In this document: in pieces, positions 28,780 through 42,212 of the stretch
Numbering within the stretch: position 1 is the stretch's first letter
Layout of the letters: every line of letters starts with the position of its first letter
DNA from: Octopus bimaculoides
Taxonomy: Eukaryota
DNA: 64,000 nucleotides
Direction of reading: 5' to 3'
NCBI RefSeq assembly: GCF_001194135.2
Contig: NC_068981.1
Span: 140,640,883-140,704,882 of the forward strand
Notes under the pieces: model-generated
Seen by the model: only the letters and a program-made list of their open reading frames with translations
Database searches by the model: none
Told to the model about the DNA's origin: nothing
Translations under genes and position numbers: made by a program

Positions 28780-29140
28780 TCCATCCCCCATATCTTTGGA
28801 TATGGGCTCTTGCTCAATTTAGATGAGGGCTATAAAGCTGCTGGAAACATTGGTCAGACACTAACTCGAGACGGTTGCTGGTGCAGGATCATATGTGTGA
28901 CAGTAGAAATCGCGTAGGTGAAATACCTCCAGAAACTGTGAAATATAGTTGTCAGAGATTTCTACGACATCACCAGACTTAACATGTGACTCATAATTTC
29001 GCCTAATTGTGATCTCATGTTTTAATACGCATGGGGTGCAGTTGAGAAAGACTTCAATGCCTCTGCCTAAAACACCAAGGCCAAGCTGATATTCAACACC
29101 AAAGAGATGTTCGTAGACCTTCCCAGCGACACACACTTAT
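28780..29140 (+). pseudogene. Tc1/mariner (DD37D/maT-like) transposase C-terminal relic, copy 1
   Basis: Translates with stops to IKLLETLVRH*LETVAG...SPNCDLMF*YAWGAVEKDFNASA*NTKAKL...DLPSDT. Homologous to 44455-44870. Confidence 0.7.
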
Positions 29141-29705
29141 ATATAACGCAGAAGCCTAATACAGCTCCCTAGCTCGAGGCTCCGCTTTGAACTTGGAACC
29201 TAACGGATGACTAGTTCTAGCATTTTCTCAGCGTACCTACTTCTTTAGATCACCAGTGAAATAATCACCACATATTCTATATATATATATGTATATATGT
29301 GTGTGTGTGTATGTGTGTGTGTGTGTGTGTTTGTATATATATATAAATTACTAATTGAAAACAAATCTGGTAATGTAAATATTATGGGTCACACATAGGT
29401 GGTGTATGCCTTTACATTATATTGTTATTTTCCGTGGAGTAGCGTTCGCGGCAGTGCACAACACGATATCGAATGTTCACGATCAACAAATGTCGTAGAC
29501 CAGGCGCGACAACTCGCCTCGAATAACTGAGAATGGTTTCGCCATTATTATGTCTTATCAATGCCATGTACTCGGATCACTTCGACGTGAGTCGCTCTCA
29601 TGGGATTTATATGCAAACAGAGGGAATCCTTAGATGTAAATGACCTACGCAAGGGCATACTACCGCTAGACTAGGTACATCTATGTCTATGTATCTTTGA
29701 TTCTG

Positions 29706-29878
29706 TATTTGTCACCCACTACAGCTTGACAACTGGTGTTGTAGTGTTTACGTCATCGCTAGAATAAATACCAGGCCTGAAAAACAAATAAGTACTGGGT
29801 CGGTTTGTTCGAATAAAATTCTTCAAAGCGGTGCTCCAGCTTGGCTGCAGTCTAGTGACTGAAGCAAGTAAAAAGATA
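29706..29878 (+). mobile_element. SINE family A, 3' half
   Basis: gcttgacaactggtg...gcggtgctccagcttggctgcagtctagtgactgaagcaagtaaaaga. Confidence 0.75.
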
Positions 29879-30869
29879 AAATCTAAAGATATCAGTGTGT
29901 GTGTATGTGTGTGTCTGTGTGTGTCTGTGTGTGTGTTTGCTATGTACAGAGAGTGTGGTAGGACAGAGACAAAAGGCTCAGATACGTAAGCGAATCGGGA
30001 AGACGAAAAAGTCTGTTTACCTGGCATCGTCACACGTTTACCAGAATACTGCTGGATGAAACGGAATTCGGAAAATTGACCAGTAGTAGGTAAGGAAACA
30101 AAATGGCTTCTCACAAAAAGTAAAGACGGCCCTACATAGCGATCCATGATTTGGTAGAGGTGAATTATCATGTAAGAAACTTGATATCAGTAATTTAGTG
30201 GAAAGAATTTAAAGTGGAGATGAATAAGACCAGAACAAGACATGTTACTGGAGTAATTTTTTAACCTACTGGCAATATAAAAATGCCGGAATGTTGCTTT
30301 GGAGATTATGGACGCTGTTTCAGCATATATGAATAAAGGAATCTAATGCACTTTGTTGAGCGAAGATAAAACTTCACTTTGTATCTTAAGAAGAAACTCG
30401 TCAGGCATAATGAACCCTGAATCATTTCCCAAATAAGACTTAGATGTAAATCTATTGAAAATACAACTGATACATAAGCGCTTATTTTCTGAACGGTGGG
30501 CTGCAAGTTTTGTGCAAATATTTGAAAAATATATTACTTCTTAATCAGATGACCAGAAAGCTACGTCGCCCTAATTATGAACTTCTTAAATTTGGCCAAC
30601 TCATGTAGCTCACTCCGTCTTGCTCTCATACAAGCACCGGTATATCTCTATATATATTTTCCCCACACTTTAATGTTATAATCTCTACTCACTTCGCAGA
30701 TTCGTTTAAAAACATGCGAGTTTAAAATCGGTTCCAAGACCTGGAGAAAGGACACGTGAGTTCCTGCACCTTTTCTGTCATTCTTTTCATCATAGGAATA
30801 TATCTCTTTATGGCCACTGCTGAGAAAAAAGTTGATGGGTCAACAGTGGAGTCCGGTATCTGAAGACAT

Positions 30870-31260
30870 ATTTTAGTTTCCTGGATGATCTCACGGTAAC
30901 AGCCACAATCCGTATATAGATAAAACGGTTGTTGATTTCTTGACCACGCAGAAACATGTGAAGTTTAAGTCGAAAAGATCTAGGGAAAATGTTGATCAGG
31001 AAATGCATATTACAAATGAGATAGAGTTACACGTACAGCAAATGAGTGGAATTACATCCTGCGCAGCTGTGGTTCGGGTGCATGTAGCAGTTAAAAGAGT
31101 TTCTTCCTGGTTATGGAGTAACATACATGAGCTACAGTGGAAACCAGGAGGAGATGAGCAGTGATTTGACCACCACTGCCGGCCAATCCACGAAAGAGTG
31201 TTAGGTTCAGTTTAGGAAGTCACGATGATCGTTGAACATAGGTTGATTACACCGATTCCG
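30870..31260 (+). pseudogene. Reverse transcriptase fragment of an R2/NeSL-group (HERO-like) LINE
   Basis: FLDDLTVTA (from 30878) followed by KFKSKRSR...ITNEIELHVQ (from 30961). This resembles the FMDDLTVT...MKFKPKKSRS...LHVQG pattern of RLE-type LINEs. Disrupted. Confidence 0.5.
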
Positions 31261-31501
31261 CCTGATCAAGAATATTTTTACCAAAAGTAAACGTAAAAGA
31301 AATATATTTAGTTGTAACCAATCTCTCCCTTCAGCTCTCAGGAATATGTAAGTAAATCATTTTCAATAAAATGCAATATATTGCGCACCATCAGTACCTT
31401 ATAGTGGAGAAGAGATCTATGGTAATGTAAGCTAAGCTTATGAAATACTATTTAATAAAATACGCTCAACGCTGTATGTGTGTGCGTGTGAGAGAGATAG
31501 G

Positions 31502-31559
<58 letters not shown>

Positions 31560-31589
31560 GAAAGAGAAAGAGAGAGAGCAGTTACTTTT

Positions 31590-31725
31590 TTCGTTTAGTA
31601 CTTATGTCATTTTGCTGGAGGAGATGAAATTCTGTGTCGACCTATGCGGGATTTAATCTCAAAGAACAGCGAAAACTAAATAGCACATAGTCCTTTTGTC
31701 CAACACTGTAGTCCTTCTGCCAATT
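31590..31725 (-). mobile_element. SINE family C, degenerate
   Basis: Reverse complement reads ttggcagaagg...ttggacaaaa...gagattaaatcccgcataggtcgac...ataagtact, as in 39735-39930. Confidence 0.5.
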
Positions 31726-34389
31726 CATCAGTCTGCTGTTGAAAAATATTCATTCCATAAAAAAAACGAGACCAATAAAGAGGATGCAGGAGAAAAATAA
31801 GAAATATAGCAATACAGCATATCTAGTAATGATTATAATGCTCAATGTAGGAGCGAGTTAACCATACCTCAGTAGAGTTATAATTTAATATAACAAACAA
31901 GGAAGGCAATATAGATAATGGTGAATAAAATTGAGAACTATCGTTACATAACATTTCTAATAATAGTAATTATGATATTCACAGTAATAAATTACAATGA
32001 TAAATTACATAAATATTATCATTTGTATATCTAGTTAAGCAGCTTCATTACTAGTTCAATACATTTACTGCTACTACTATTTTAATCAGAAATATTCGAA
32101 CAGATCTGGCCGAAATTTTAGTATTAGAAATAAAGAATATTATTTAGAGTTATTGTGATATATGCTAATAATAAATTAGCTTCAGTATTTTAAAAAAGGA
32201 AAAATATTTTCTTTCTTCATCTTGTATATTTTCATATGTAATGTGATATAAAACAGTAAAAATATATATATCGGATAATTTACGGGAAAAAAAAACAATG
32301 CAACATAAAAAGACATTCCCTACTACAACACCCATTACCAAAGTGAAAACAGTAAAGCAACAGGAAGTCGTGCTTTCTTTCATTGCAAGTTGTTCAGTAA
32401 GGAAGTATCACAGGTCACTCAGTGGGGAGTGAAGTCAGATATATTTCAAATAACTGACACGGTTAGAAAATTCGTAGTCTTACTTTTAAAGGCCAAAAGT
32501 CTCAGCAGAAATACCAAACCAAATCACGCTGTGCCATATGTCAAAACATCAGAAGTGTATTTCGATAGTAAAAATTCTTGAAATATCAATAATCTAGAGA
32601 TTGAGGAATTTTTGAAGCAAACAATCTTGCGTACAAAGAACATCATTAACTGACATAAACAAAGGAATTCACAAAATGTAAGGCGAGTGCGTAATCAAGT
32701 GCAATATTTGAATACTGTTATCAAAGGATCTTATATCTGAAAAATTGATGTGTGTTATTGTAGGAGTAAACATTCCTAGGGGCGCCTTTTGTAAGAACAA
32801 CAGTCCCTACAGCTATGATATTTCATATAGCGTACCAATAATATTTATATAGGATATCCAGTCCTGAGGACAAAAATTGGAGTAGTTCCGGTGAAGAAAG
32901 ACAAGAAATAAATGAAGCTCCAAAACAATATGTTGTATAGCGTTGAAATATTTTTACAATATCTATCATAGCTATATATCTGTATTACAAGAAACACCTT
33001 AGAAACCCCAAATGTTTCATTTGGGTTTAATTTACATTAGTAATATTTGGGATGTTAAATTATATTAGTGACAACGATATCTTATAAATTCTTAACTATT
33101 AAAAATAATAAATTTTCGCCTTTAGTGTATATTTGGTATATGTCCTTACTTCTCATTTTGTTCTCCAACGAAACGGGGGAAAAAAAGCCCAAATTCGAGG
33201 CTTACATGAAGACACATTTTTACCACATTCCGTGCGGACCAAAAATGTTCTTTCGTTAAGTAGATAAGATATATACGTAGATGCATGAATAAACTTATAC
33301 CAGCATAGATACATAGAGACATACATACATACATGCATATTTATATATACATGTAGTTATATGTATATATAAATATATAAATAATATATAATTATATATA
33401 CGTCTACACACACACACACACACATACACACACATACACACACATNNNNNNNNNNNNNNNNNNNNNNNNNNNNNNNNNNNNNNNNNNNNNNNNNNNNNNN
33501 NNNNNNNNNNNNNNNNNNNNNNNNNNNNNNNNNNNNNNNNNNNNNNNNNNNNNNNNNNNNNNNNNNNNNNNNNNNNNNNNNNNNNNNNNNNNNNNNNNNN
33601 NNNNNNNNNNNNNNNNNNNNNNNNNNNNNNNNNNNNNNNNNNNNNNNNNNNNNNNNNNNNNNNNNNNNNNNNNNNNNNNNNNNNNNNNNNNNNNNNNNNN
33701 NNNNNNNNNNNNNNNNNNNNNNNNNNNNNNNNNNNNNNNNNNNNNNNNNNNNNNNNNNNNNNNNNNNNNNNNNNNNNNNNNNNNNNNNNNNNNNNNNNNN
33801 NNNNNNNNNNNNNNNNNNNNNNNNNNNNNNNNNNNNNNNNNNNNNNNNNNNNNNNNNNNNNNNNNNNNNNNNNNNNNNNNNNNNNNNNNNNNNNNNNNNN
33901 NNNNNNNNNNNNNNNNNNNNNNNNNNNNNNNNNNNNNNNNNNNNNNNNNNNNNNNNNNNNNNNNNNNNNNNNNATATATATATATATATATATACAGGTC
34001 TAATACATATATACGTACACATGTATTTATTTCTAACAACCCTACTACTGACCTGTTCAGCCATCCTAATTCCTTTTTCTAGCCCATAATCTAGACTCCG
34101 CCACTTCAGTTGAGATTCCTCAATGCTTTATATCTCTCTCTCCATAACCACCCCCTATTCCTTCTATCTTTCGGCACTCTAATGTCTTTCTCTCTTCTTC
34201 ACCCTTATCCCCTTCCAACCTTCTTATCATATTCTCTGACCATTCTGGTTCACTTTCCCCTATCTCTATCTCTGTATTCCTTTTATTATTTTCGTCCTCC
34301 TTCTTCTACTTCTCTCTACCTTCCTTTTGTCCTCTTCTTTATTCCTCGCCTCCCGTCTTCGACTTAACCCTATTAATATATTACAAATA

Positions 34390-34640
34390 ATAAATGAGTA
34401 TATGCATATATACGTACATGTATGTACATACTTACATCTACCTGTATATATAGATGCATATCTAGGTACAGGACATTGTAAACAAAGCGTAGACAAAATG
34501 ATAAACGAGTACAGAAAACATACAGGCCACATAGAGAACATCTCCTTCATCAGCTGCCCAAATTCTAACACAGGCGTTTCGAAGAGTAGGGCAGGACGCA
34601 TCGTTAAAATGGCTCTTCCCACGGACCACAAATTAAATTT
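34390..34640. repeat. Dispersed repeat family D (second, shorter copy at ~50000-50160)
   Basis: Both copies share tgtacatacttacatctac...ggtacaggac...ccttcatcagctgcc. The origin may be a Penelope-like terminus, but this is uncertain. Confidence 0.6.
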
Positions 34641-35151
34641 AAATCAAATCTAATTCAAATTAAATTTAATATATTCCTTGCTTTTAGGTCACTTTAAACA
34701 GAACCCTTGATTCAATAACACTGTGTATAAACTCTGTATGTGGAATGAACAATTTCAATGACTGTTGGATTGGAATCTTAATAATAGATTTACAAAGCCA
34801 ACGACCAATCTTAAAAAGAATTGGACTTTACTCACAAGGTATTGGAATCTTATATGTATACCATTCTGCCTAAACAATGGATTTACAAATACAATATCCC
34901 TACATTCACTCTATATTTCCTATCTTAACTGAACTAGCTATTGCTTAATTATCCTCTCACACCGTGTCCGATAAAGGGATATAATAAATATCCTGGGAAC
35001 AGCTGTAAGGTATTCGATTTATAAATGTTCTATATTATACACGGCCTTGTTTTTTTTTTTATCTCATTACAAAAAGTATATCCTATACACACACATACAT
35101 ATATATGTATGTATATATAAAACAAATGATAGAGAATGAAAATGTAATGTA

Positions 35152-35305
35152 CAGGAAACGTTATTGCTCACAGCGATCGTTTCGTCATATCCTTCGGTGC
35201 AGAAGCGTCACGCCAGGTGATATAACAAGAAGCATTTCGTTAAATGAACTCTGCTTTGTCGGGAAACAACTGTTACGATCATTGTGAGCAATAAAGATTC
35301 CCGCG
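35152..35305. mobile_element. Small MITE-like element with ~30-bp imperfect TIRs
   Basis: TTATTGCTCACAGCGATCGT (35161-35180) pairs with ACGATCATTGTGAGCAATAA (35275-35294) at 18/20. It starts TA|CAGG and ends near a TA. Confidence 0.5.
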
Positions 35306-35989
35306 TATTCCATTTTCTGTCTCTATCATTTGATTTACCTCCCATCGTACTGTGAAGAATTTCTGAGGTAGATCCGGCGACAAGTGTGTAATTACCATGG
35401 ATTACGACAAGTAGCCATAGCCGCTGAACGTGCTTTATCGGGGTACTTCTAGAAACACACCCAATATTTAACATATATACACACACACATATATATACAT
35501 ATATATATATAATATATATATATATATATANNNNNNNNNNAAACACACCCAATATTTAACATATATACACACACACATATATATACATATATGTATACAC
35601 AAACTTACTGTTCAAGTCGGGATGCGTGGCGTTCAGTTAATCAATGAATGAAACATGCATTAAATACTACAAAACGAACATGTAGAGCAGACATACAAAG
35701 ACCCTAATTCTTGATCAGTTATCGACCAAAATACTAATACTCGGTTTCATGCCGTTAACGATAAGACTGACAACTGCGTATATCGGCGCGGCACCCGCAA
35801 AATTCGCGGCGAATTAGGGCTCGAGCAAACAAAGCAATACAAGGTGGACGTATGAAAGTAAACAAATATAAGTTGAAGCAATAGATGAAGACAGAATAAA
35901 TACAGCCTTTGGGCCAATCACGAGGGTCAGGGGTAACGCCTATATATGTGTGAGTGTGGGTGTGGGTGTACATATATATAATCAGCTAT

Positions 35990-36255
35990 TCTGATTATAT
36001 GTCTGTGCACACGTTTGAATGTGGTGTGTGCCAGAGGGTTTGCAAATCCAATGGGGGTCTTAAAAGACATGTTAGGATCCACAATGAGCAGAACTTACTT
36101 GCAGGTATTGGTAGTGTAAATCAGAGGTGCAATCTGTGTGGGTGTTTTTTCAAAACACTGTCTGGTTTAAAAAGCCACATCAGACACCATGAAGAAGCGT
36201 AGTAGGTGTAGGTACAGGAGGTGGTCAAACTCTTTTTAAGGAGTAGACAACCACC
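35990..36255 (+). mobile_element. Probable 5'-truncated RTE-like LINE 3' end encoding two intact C2H2 zinc fingers
   Basis: CGVCQRVCKSNGGLKRHVRIH (36020-36082) and CNLCGCFFKTLSGLKSHIRHH (36128-36190), both C-x2-C-x12-H-x3-H. The linker is not TGEKP, the stop is at 36200-36202, and a short 3' UTR ends in (TA)n. Confidence 0.55.
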
Positions 36256-36445
36256 ATATATATAGTGTAAACAGAGTTAGCGGTGATGATAACCGACTAA
36301 GAGACAAAATATCCGTGCATACTATCGATATCGGTATCCGTTACACGTTTTATGCTTTGTATTAAAAAAATAAGCAACTTATAAATGTGCAATCGAAGCG
36401 TTTGTGAATCTGAGGTTTTCTCCATTTCCTGATTATTTGTGTATA

Positions 36446-36477
<32 letters not shown>

Positions 36478-37233
36478 NNNNNNNNNNNNNNNNNNNNNNN
36501 NNNNNNNNNNNNNNNNNNNNNNNNNNNNNNNNNNNNNNNNNNNNNNNNNNNNNNNNNNNNNNNNNNNNNNNNNNNNNNNNNNNNNNNNNNNNNNNNNNNN
36601 NNNNNNNNNNNNNNNNNNNNNNNNNNNNNNNNNNNNNNNNNNNNNNNNNNNNNNNNNNNNNNNNNNNNNNNNNNNNNNNNNNNNNNNNNNNNNNNNNNNN
36701 NNNNNNNNNNNNNNNNNNNNNNNNNNNNNNNNNNNNNNNNNNNNNNNNNNNNNNNNNNNNNNNNNNNNNNNNNNNNNNNNNNNNNNNNNNNNNNNNNNNN
36801 NNNNNNNNNNNNNNNNNNNNNNNNNNNNNNNNNNNNNNNNNNNNNNNNNNNNNNNNNNNNNNNNNNNNNNNNNNNNNNNNNNNNNNNNNNNNNNNNNNNN
36901 NNNNNNNNNNNNNNNNNNNNNNNNNNNNNNNNNNNNNNNNNNNNNNNNNNNNNNNNNNNNNNNNNNNNNNNNNNNNNNNNNNNNNNNNNNNNNNNNNNNN
37001 NNNNNNNNNNNNNNNNNNNNNNNNNNNNNNNNNNNNNNNNNNNNNNNNNNNNNNNNNNNNNNNNNNNNNNNNNNNNNNNNNNNNNNNNNNNNNNNNNNNN
37101 NNNNNNNNNNNNNNNNNNNNNNNNNNNNNNNNNNNNNNNNNNNNNNNNNNNNNTATATATATATATATATATGTAAAATATAATGTATATATATGTATCT
37201 ATACATATGTGTGTGTATATATATATATGTATG

Positions 37234-37275
<42 letters not shown>

Positions 37276-37873
37276 AACAGTAATATCTCACTTTATATGG
37301 CCTGATTTATGAGACTGGGTTTACGAAATTTATTTTTCAAGCACAAGTTCCCAAATTTGAAAAGTTTGTAGTACCAAAACAAATGCTTCTGCGTGTTACC
37401 GAGAAATTTATATAGAACGAAGAAAAGCTTCTTCTAAGCAATCAGCTCTAGACTTGATTTGTAAAAAGGAAATCTACAAGTCAGTCTACGTGTGCTTGTG
37501 AATCGGCGATTGAGGCTTCAAGTGATAGTGTGCGCGTGTCTATTGCTAGTGAAAGCAATTATGATAATATTTATTATTATAAATGATCTTGACATTATTT
37601 TTACCTTACATAAAGTATTCTTTACATTCTATTTTTGTTTGATGCCATTTATTTGGTAGTGTTATAAATTTTATTCGTAAAATATTTGTCTGGGAACGAA
37701 TTACGATTTATAAATTGCTGATCTACCTCTCGATTTTCCGCTTTACGAGCGACATCCGGGAACAAATTAACTCATATATCGCGGCGTCATTCTCTTTCTC
37801 CCCCCCCCCTTCTCTCTCTCCCTCTCCCTCTCTCTCTCTCTCTCACTCTCTCTCTCTCGATATCTATCTATCC

Positions 37874-37931
<58 letters not shown>

Positions 37932-38433
37932 ATATATATTGTTTACTATATATTTTCAGAAAACCGTCACATTCTCTATTGTAATCAGAAAAATCGCTTT
38001 TCCCGAAAATGATATTTTCATCTTTGGAGCACCATTAATTAGTAAGTTCTTTAAACTCGCAGCTCACTCTGTAACACATCTCATGCCTCTAAATTATCAC
38101 CTTATTTCATAATCTGTTCACTTCTTCAGAAATATATATTATTTGTGTGATGTAATTTGAAGTGTCAAGCATATGTATAAATGCTTTCATACATGCGTAC
38201 ACTCATGCTCACATATATATATATCTACTACACCTCGTTCGTGCAAATCGCGCCGGTTCTGCTTTTAAACTGTTTCACTCTACAAATTTATCTCCATAAT
38301 AGCCAACTCTACGACCTATCATAAATTGCATCTATGTCTCCATGGAATCATATATATTTGTATGCAGAATAGTCTAGTAGTGGAGGCAATGTTCCTTAAA
38401 AAATATATAGCAAATACACGAAAATGTATTTCA

Positions 38434-38679
38434 TCATATGGCTGCTGCATTATGGGCAACCTGCAGTAAAGAAATCTCATTGTAACACCGAGAGCATTTT
38501 AATTCAATAAACTAAATGAACCTAACTGGCGCCATGATTTTAATTTTCTGTTTCATTTAAGAAATTCAGTATATTATGCAGTTGTAATTACTTACACTTA
38601 TCCAGGATCTGTCATTGACGATTATGTCTTGGCAATGCATAGAGACGCCATTTGCATTATTTTGTTTTGCATTGCCATA
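38434..38679 (-). CDS. Candidate exon pair (38679-38596 and 38460-38434 to stop), unknown protein
   Basis: Acceptors ttttgtttaatatctatag and ttctttactgcag, donor T|GTAAGT, 135-nt intron. The spliced frame reads YGNAKQNNANGVSMHCQDIIVNDRSWIS-VAHNAAAI*. Confidence 0.15.
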
Positions 38680-39111
38680 CTATAGATATTAAACAAAATA
38701 TCATATATATTTGTATACTACAAAAATAAATATCCATTCCATCCGTTAATGTTCTTAGTTGGAAGACAACACAAATATGAAAAGTGATCTCAAATTTAAC
38801 CACTTTCGTATATTATTAGTTTTAAATCATTTACTCGCAACAGTGTAATGCAATACTAATTGATCATTGAAAATACTGAAATTCAAGTTGGGATGTAAAA
38901 ATCGGAAACGAGTTAGAAAACGCCGCTTAATTGTCTCATACATTTTCATTTCTTAATTTCTTTGGAGATAGATATACTTAAAAAAATGATATGATTCACA
39001 GTTTGATATTTTAGTATAGAATGGTTTTCTACTGGCGCCAGTTAAAGCAATATATCAAATGTAGGAAATCAAAACTAAGAAATAGAGAGGAAATGTGTGT
39101 GTATATATGTC

Positions 39112-39150
<39 letters not shown>

Positions 39151-39734
39151 GTTTGTGAGTAGAAGAGAATAAAGAAATATATTGCCACACGAAAATATTG
39201 AGGAAAATTAAAGACGTCAAGATTAAGATCAAATTAAAATTTTAATTAAAATATGTCCTATTAAAAAAGGAACGGTATAATTTTAACTGGAAACGGAAAT
39301 TCGCAAATGTGAAAGTAATATTATTCGGTAATTCAGAAATGAATTCTGAATATAACATCAGCTAAAATACGTAGAATATGGTAAACTATTAGACAACATC
39401 TGAGACTAGTTTAGAAGGCTTCGATGACTTTCTGATGTCTTTCAAAAACATATTCCCATATACTTACTACTATACATAAAGTCATCTGATTAAACAAAAA
39501 CTTGAAGAAACATTCATATAATTTGGTTAAAGTCAAACGTCGCTAGACTCAAAATATTTGTAGGAAAGAAAACTGCTACAGTCTTATTCGAGAAAAGGAA
39601 CGAAGTTTTTCCAAACAACTAAAATTAATAGGAAATGAATATAAGAGAAATGTCGCTAAGAATTTTGAGAGAAATGCTAACGATTCTGCCAGCTCGACGC
39701 CCTATTTCCCGTTAATATTATCATGATTATTAAG

Positions 39735-39930
39735 ACGGTGGACTGGCAGAACTGCTTGAAGTCAGAACATACAGACACACATGTTCTGAGTTCAAATTGC
39801 GCTGACTTTCAACTTGTCTTTCATTCTTTAGGGGTCAAAATAATAAGTGCCAGTTGAGCACTGGTGTCAATGTGACCGACTTACCTCTCCTTCCAAATTG
39901 CTGGCCTTGTGTCAAAATTTGAAACCGATA
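39735..39930 (+). mobile_element. SINE family C, diverged
   Basis: ggtggactggcagaac...ttctgagttcaaatt...tttcattcttttaggggtcaaaataataagtgccagttgagcactgg...gtgtcaaaatttgaaacc. Confidence 0.7.
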
Positions 39931-42038
39931 TTATCATGATTATTATTCTCTTCAAATAGAAAAGATATATAGCGATGCATAACCTTATGGTGGAATGCAG
40001 AATGTTTCTCTTCAAGTTGTTTCCTGAGAATAGAGTAACCCTGAATTTCTGGTTTGTATGAGTGATCATCAAGAATTAAGAGTTTGTGAGGTGTCCACGA
40101 CCGATCTGTAGGAAGCCTTCCACTTTATTTTGTAGCTCATGATTAATTAATTTTTTTTCTACAATTGCTAAGGCAGTTCAGTCAGCAAACGGCACACGAA
40201 GGCAGACTGCACTGCCACTATACCTCTACTCCTTCTTTTCTTTTGCTTACCAACGTCACTGTTTCCTTTAAGTTATTTGGACGGCTGATATGCGGCGAAA
40301 ATAATTGAAATGATTAATTTGTGACAGAAAAATATGCCGTCTTTCTGAAGTGTAGTCGATCAGTTATTTCCCAGAAAACGATATACTCGTGATTGGTATC
40401 GTGTATATTGGTCTGTTTTACTTTTTGTCCCTAGAATTGTGATCTCTCTTTCTTGATGGCTATCATATTTACTCTTTCTACCTCTCTCTATATATACATA
40501 TTTGCGTGTCTACATATGTATTTATGCGACATTTCATTCGAGTTTGTCATTCAGGCTTGATTTAATTGGAAAACACGTTCGCATGGAATTCATCGAAAAT
40601 TTTCCTTAAAAGCATAAATGTCATTTTTTCACCTTGTGTGGAAGGGCTAACAAAATATTTTTAAATGCCCTTTTTTTAAGACGAACTTCAAAGTGGAAGA
40701 TAAGCTACTCTCCACCAGGACCAGAAGAACGTGTTGCACACACCTAAACGCTTACACTACGCAGACCTCCAGCCTTCTGAATTCGCTCCGCATATCTGCT
40801 CAGCACGCATACCCTACGAAGAAAGAAACCGATCAATTGCCTTACTTTTTGACGTGAGGTCACTTTCTCCTGACGTCTCCCTTTTCTCCACGACACCTTG
40901 TCGTCCTATTTCAATATGTAAAAGGTAGTAAAGATCCTAAATTAACAATATTAACTAAAACACACACTGTCTTTGTCTACGGATAAATAGCATAGCCAAA
41001 TGTAATACAATGCATTAAAATTTATTGTATGAATTATTGTGAAAATATTCCTACCTTAGAATTTAAGGTTATATTGTATGCTGCGAACTGTGACTACATC
41101 ACACTATAATCTCACTGAACTTAAGATATCGTCTTACTCTGTTTCCCTACATTATTATAACTTAAGATGGCATTGTCAAAATATTCAAATTTATGTATAT
41201 GTTTAGGCAATACATTAAATTAATGCAAGCAATGGTTTTCATAAATAATTCTCCAATGAGATTATTATTGGAATCTCTTTCTTGTAGATGAATTGCAGCT
41301 GCCTATATCCCTACAAATTAAATCTTGAGTTTGCCTGAAGTTCAAAGAGCATTTCATGCAACACTCTGTGGCTACATTCGTTCAATTGAAACCTGTTATG
41401 GGATTTGAAGTGATTTTAAGCTCTCTTTGTCGATTTCAACGAAATTATATCACGTTTCATTGAAGAGTCCTTCAAATATTTTCAAGCATAAGATTTTGAA
41501 GAAACATATTTATGTTCTCTATTGTTATATATCGCTAGAAGACATATTTTTGAGACATAAAATATTCACATTGTATCAACTGTTACTGAAATTACTTTAT
41601 ATTTCCCTGTTGGGAAATTATAAGATCTTTTGTTAACATTTTTAAGAATAAGCATTTGCATTCTATTTCCTGTATTTCATTTTAGCTTTAACCTGGCAGC
41701 AATATTCTGCGTGGAAATATATATGTGTCACAAGTAATTACTTTTCTAATTCCAAAGCTATTCTATCCGTATATGCTGATAAAGTTTACTTTAACACTAA
41801 TATATTTCACACAACTGACTATTTTATAGTCAATTAATAATTGAATTCAGAAATACGTACATATACATGCACGGATACATAACAACCATCCATACGTTCG
41901 CAAAATATGTACACACACACACACACGCACACACGCATACATACATACATGTACATACATGCATATATCTTCATGTATACGTATATATATATAAACATAT
42001 AAAAAGACACATGCTTATATGTATATATATACATATAT

Positions 42039-42106
<68 letters not shown>

Positions 42107-42118
42107 ATTGTGTGTGTG

Positions 42119-42172
<54 letters not shown>

Positions 42173-42212
42173 CGTACGCCGCTATATGTATATATAAATT
42201 CATAAGATAGCG

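Noticed and set aside
29980-30330. Possible RTE-like fragment (IRKRIG...MLLWRLW)
   Set aside because: Only two weak motif echoes, which is not enough to call.
32484-32649. Minus-strand segment with good acceptor and donor (similar cases near 44020, 53800 and 54430)
   Set aside because: They have stops in all frames or phases incompatible with the candidate gene. Such splice-like words are frequent by chance.
34520-34600. Hammerhead-like words GAAAC and CTGATGA on the minus strand (also in the 42.7 kb arm)
   Set aside because: Their order and spacing leave no coherent stem III, NUH site and stem I, so I could not build a valid hammerhead.
35452-35600. Apparent ~50-bp direct repeat (aaacacacccaatatttaacatatatac...)
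   Set aside because: The copies flank a 10-N gap, so this is most likely duplicated contig ends.
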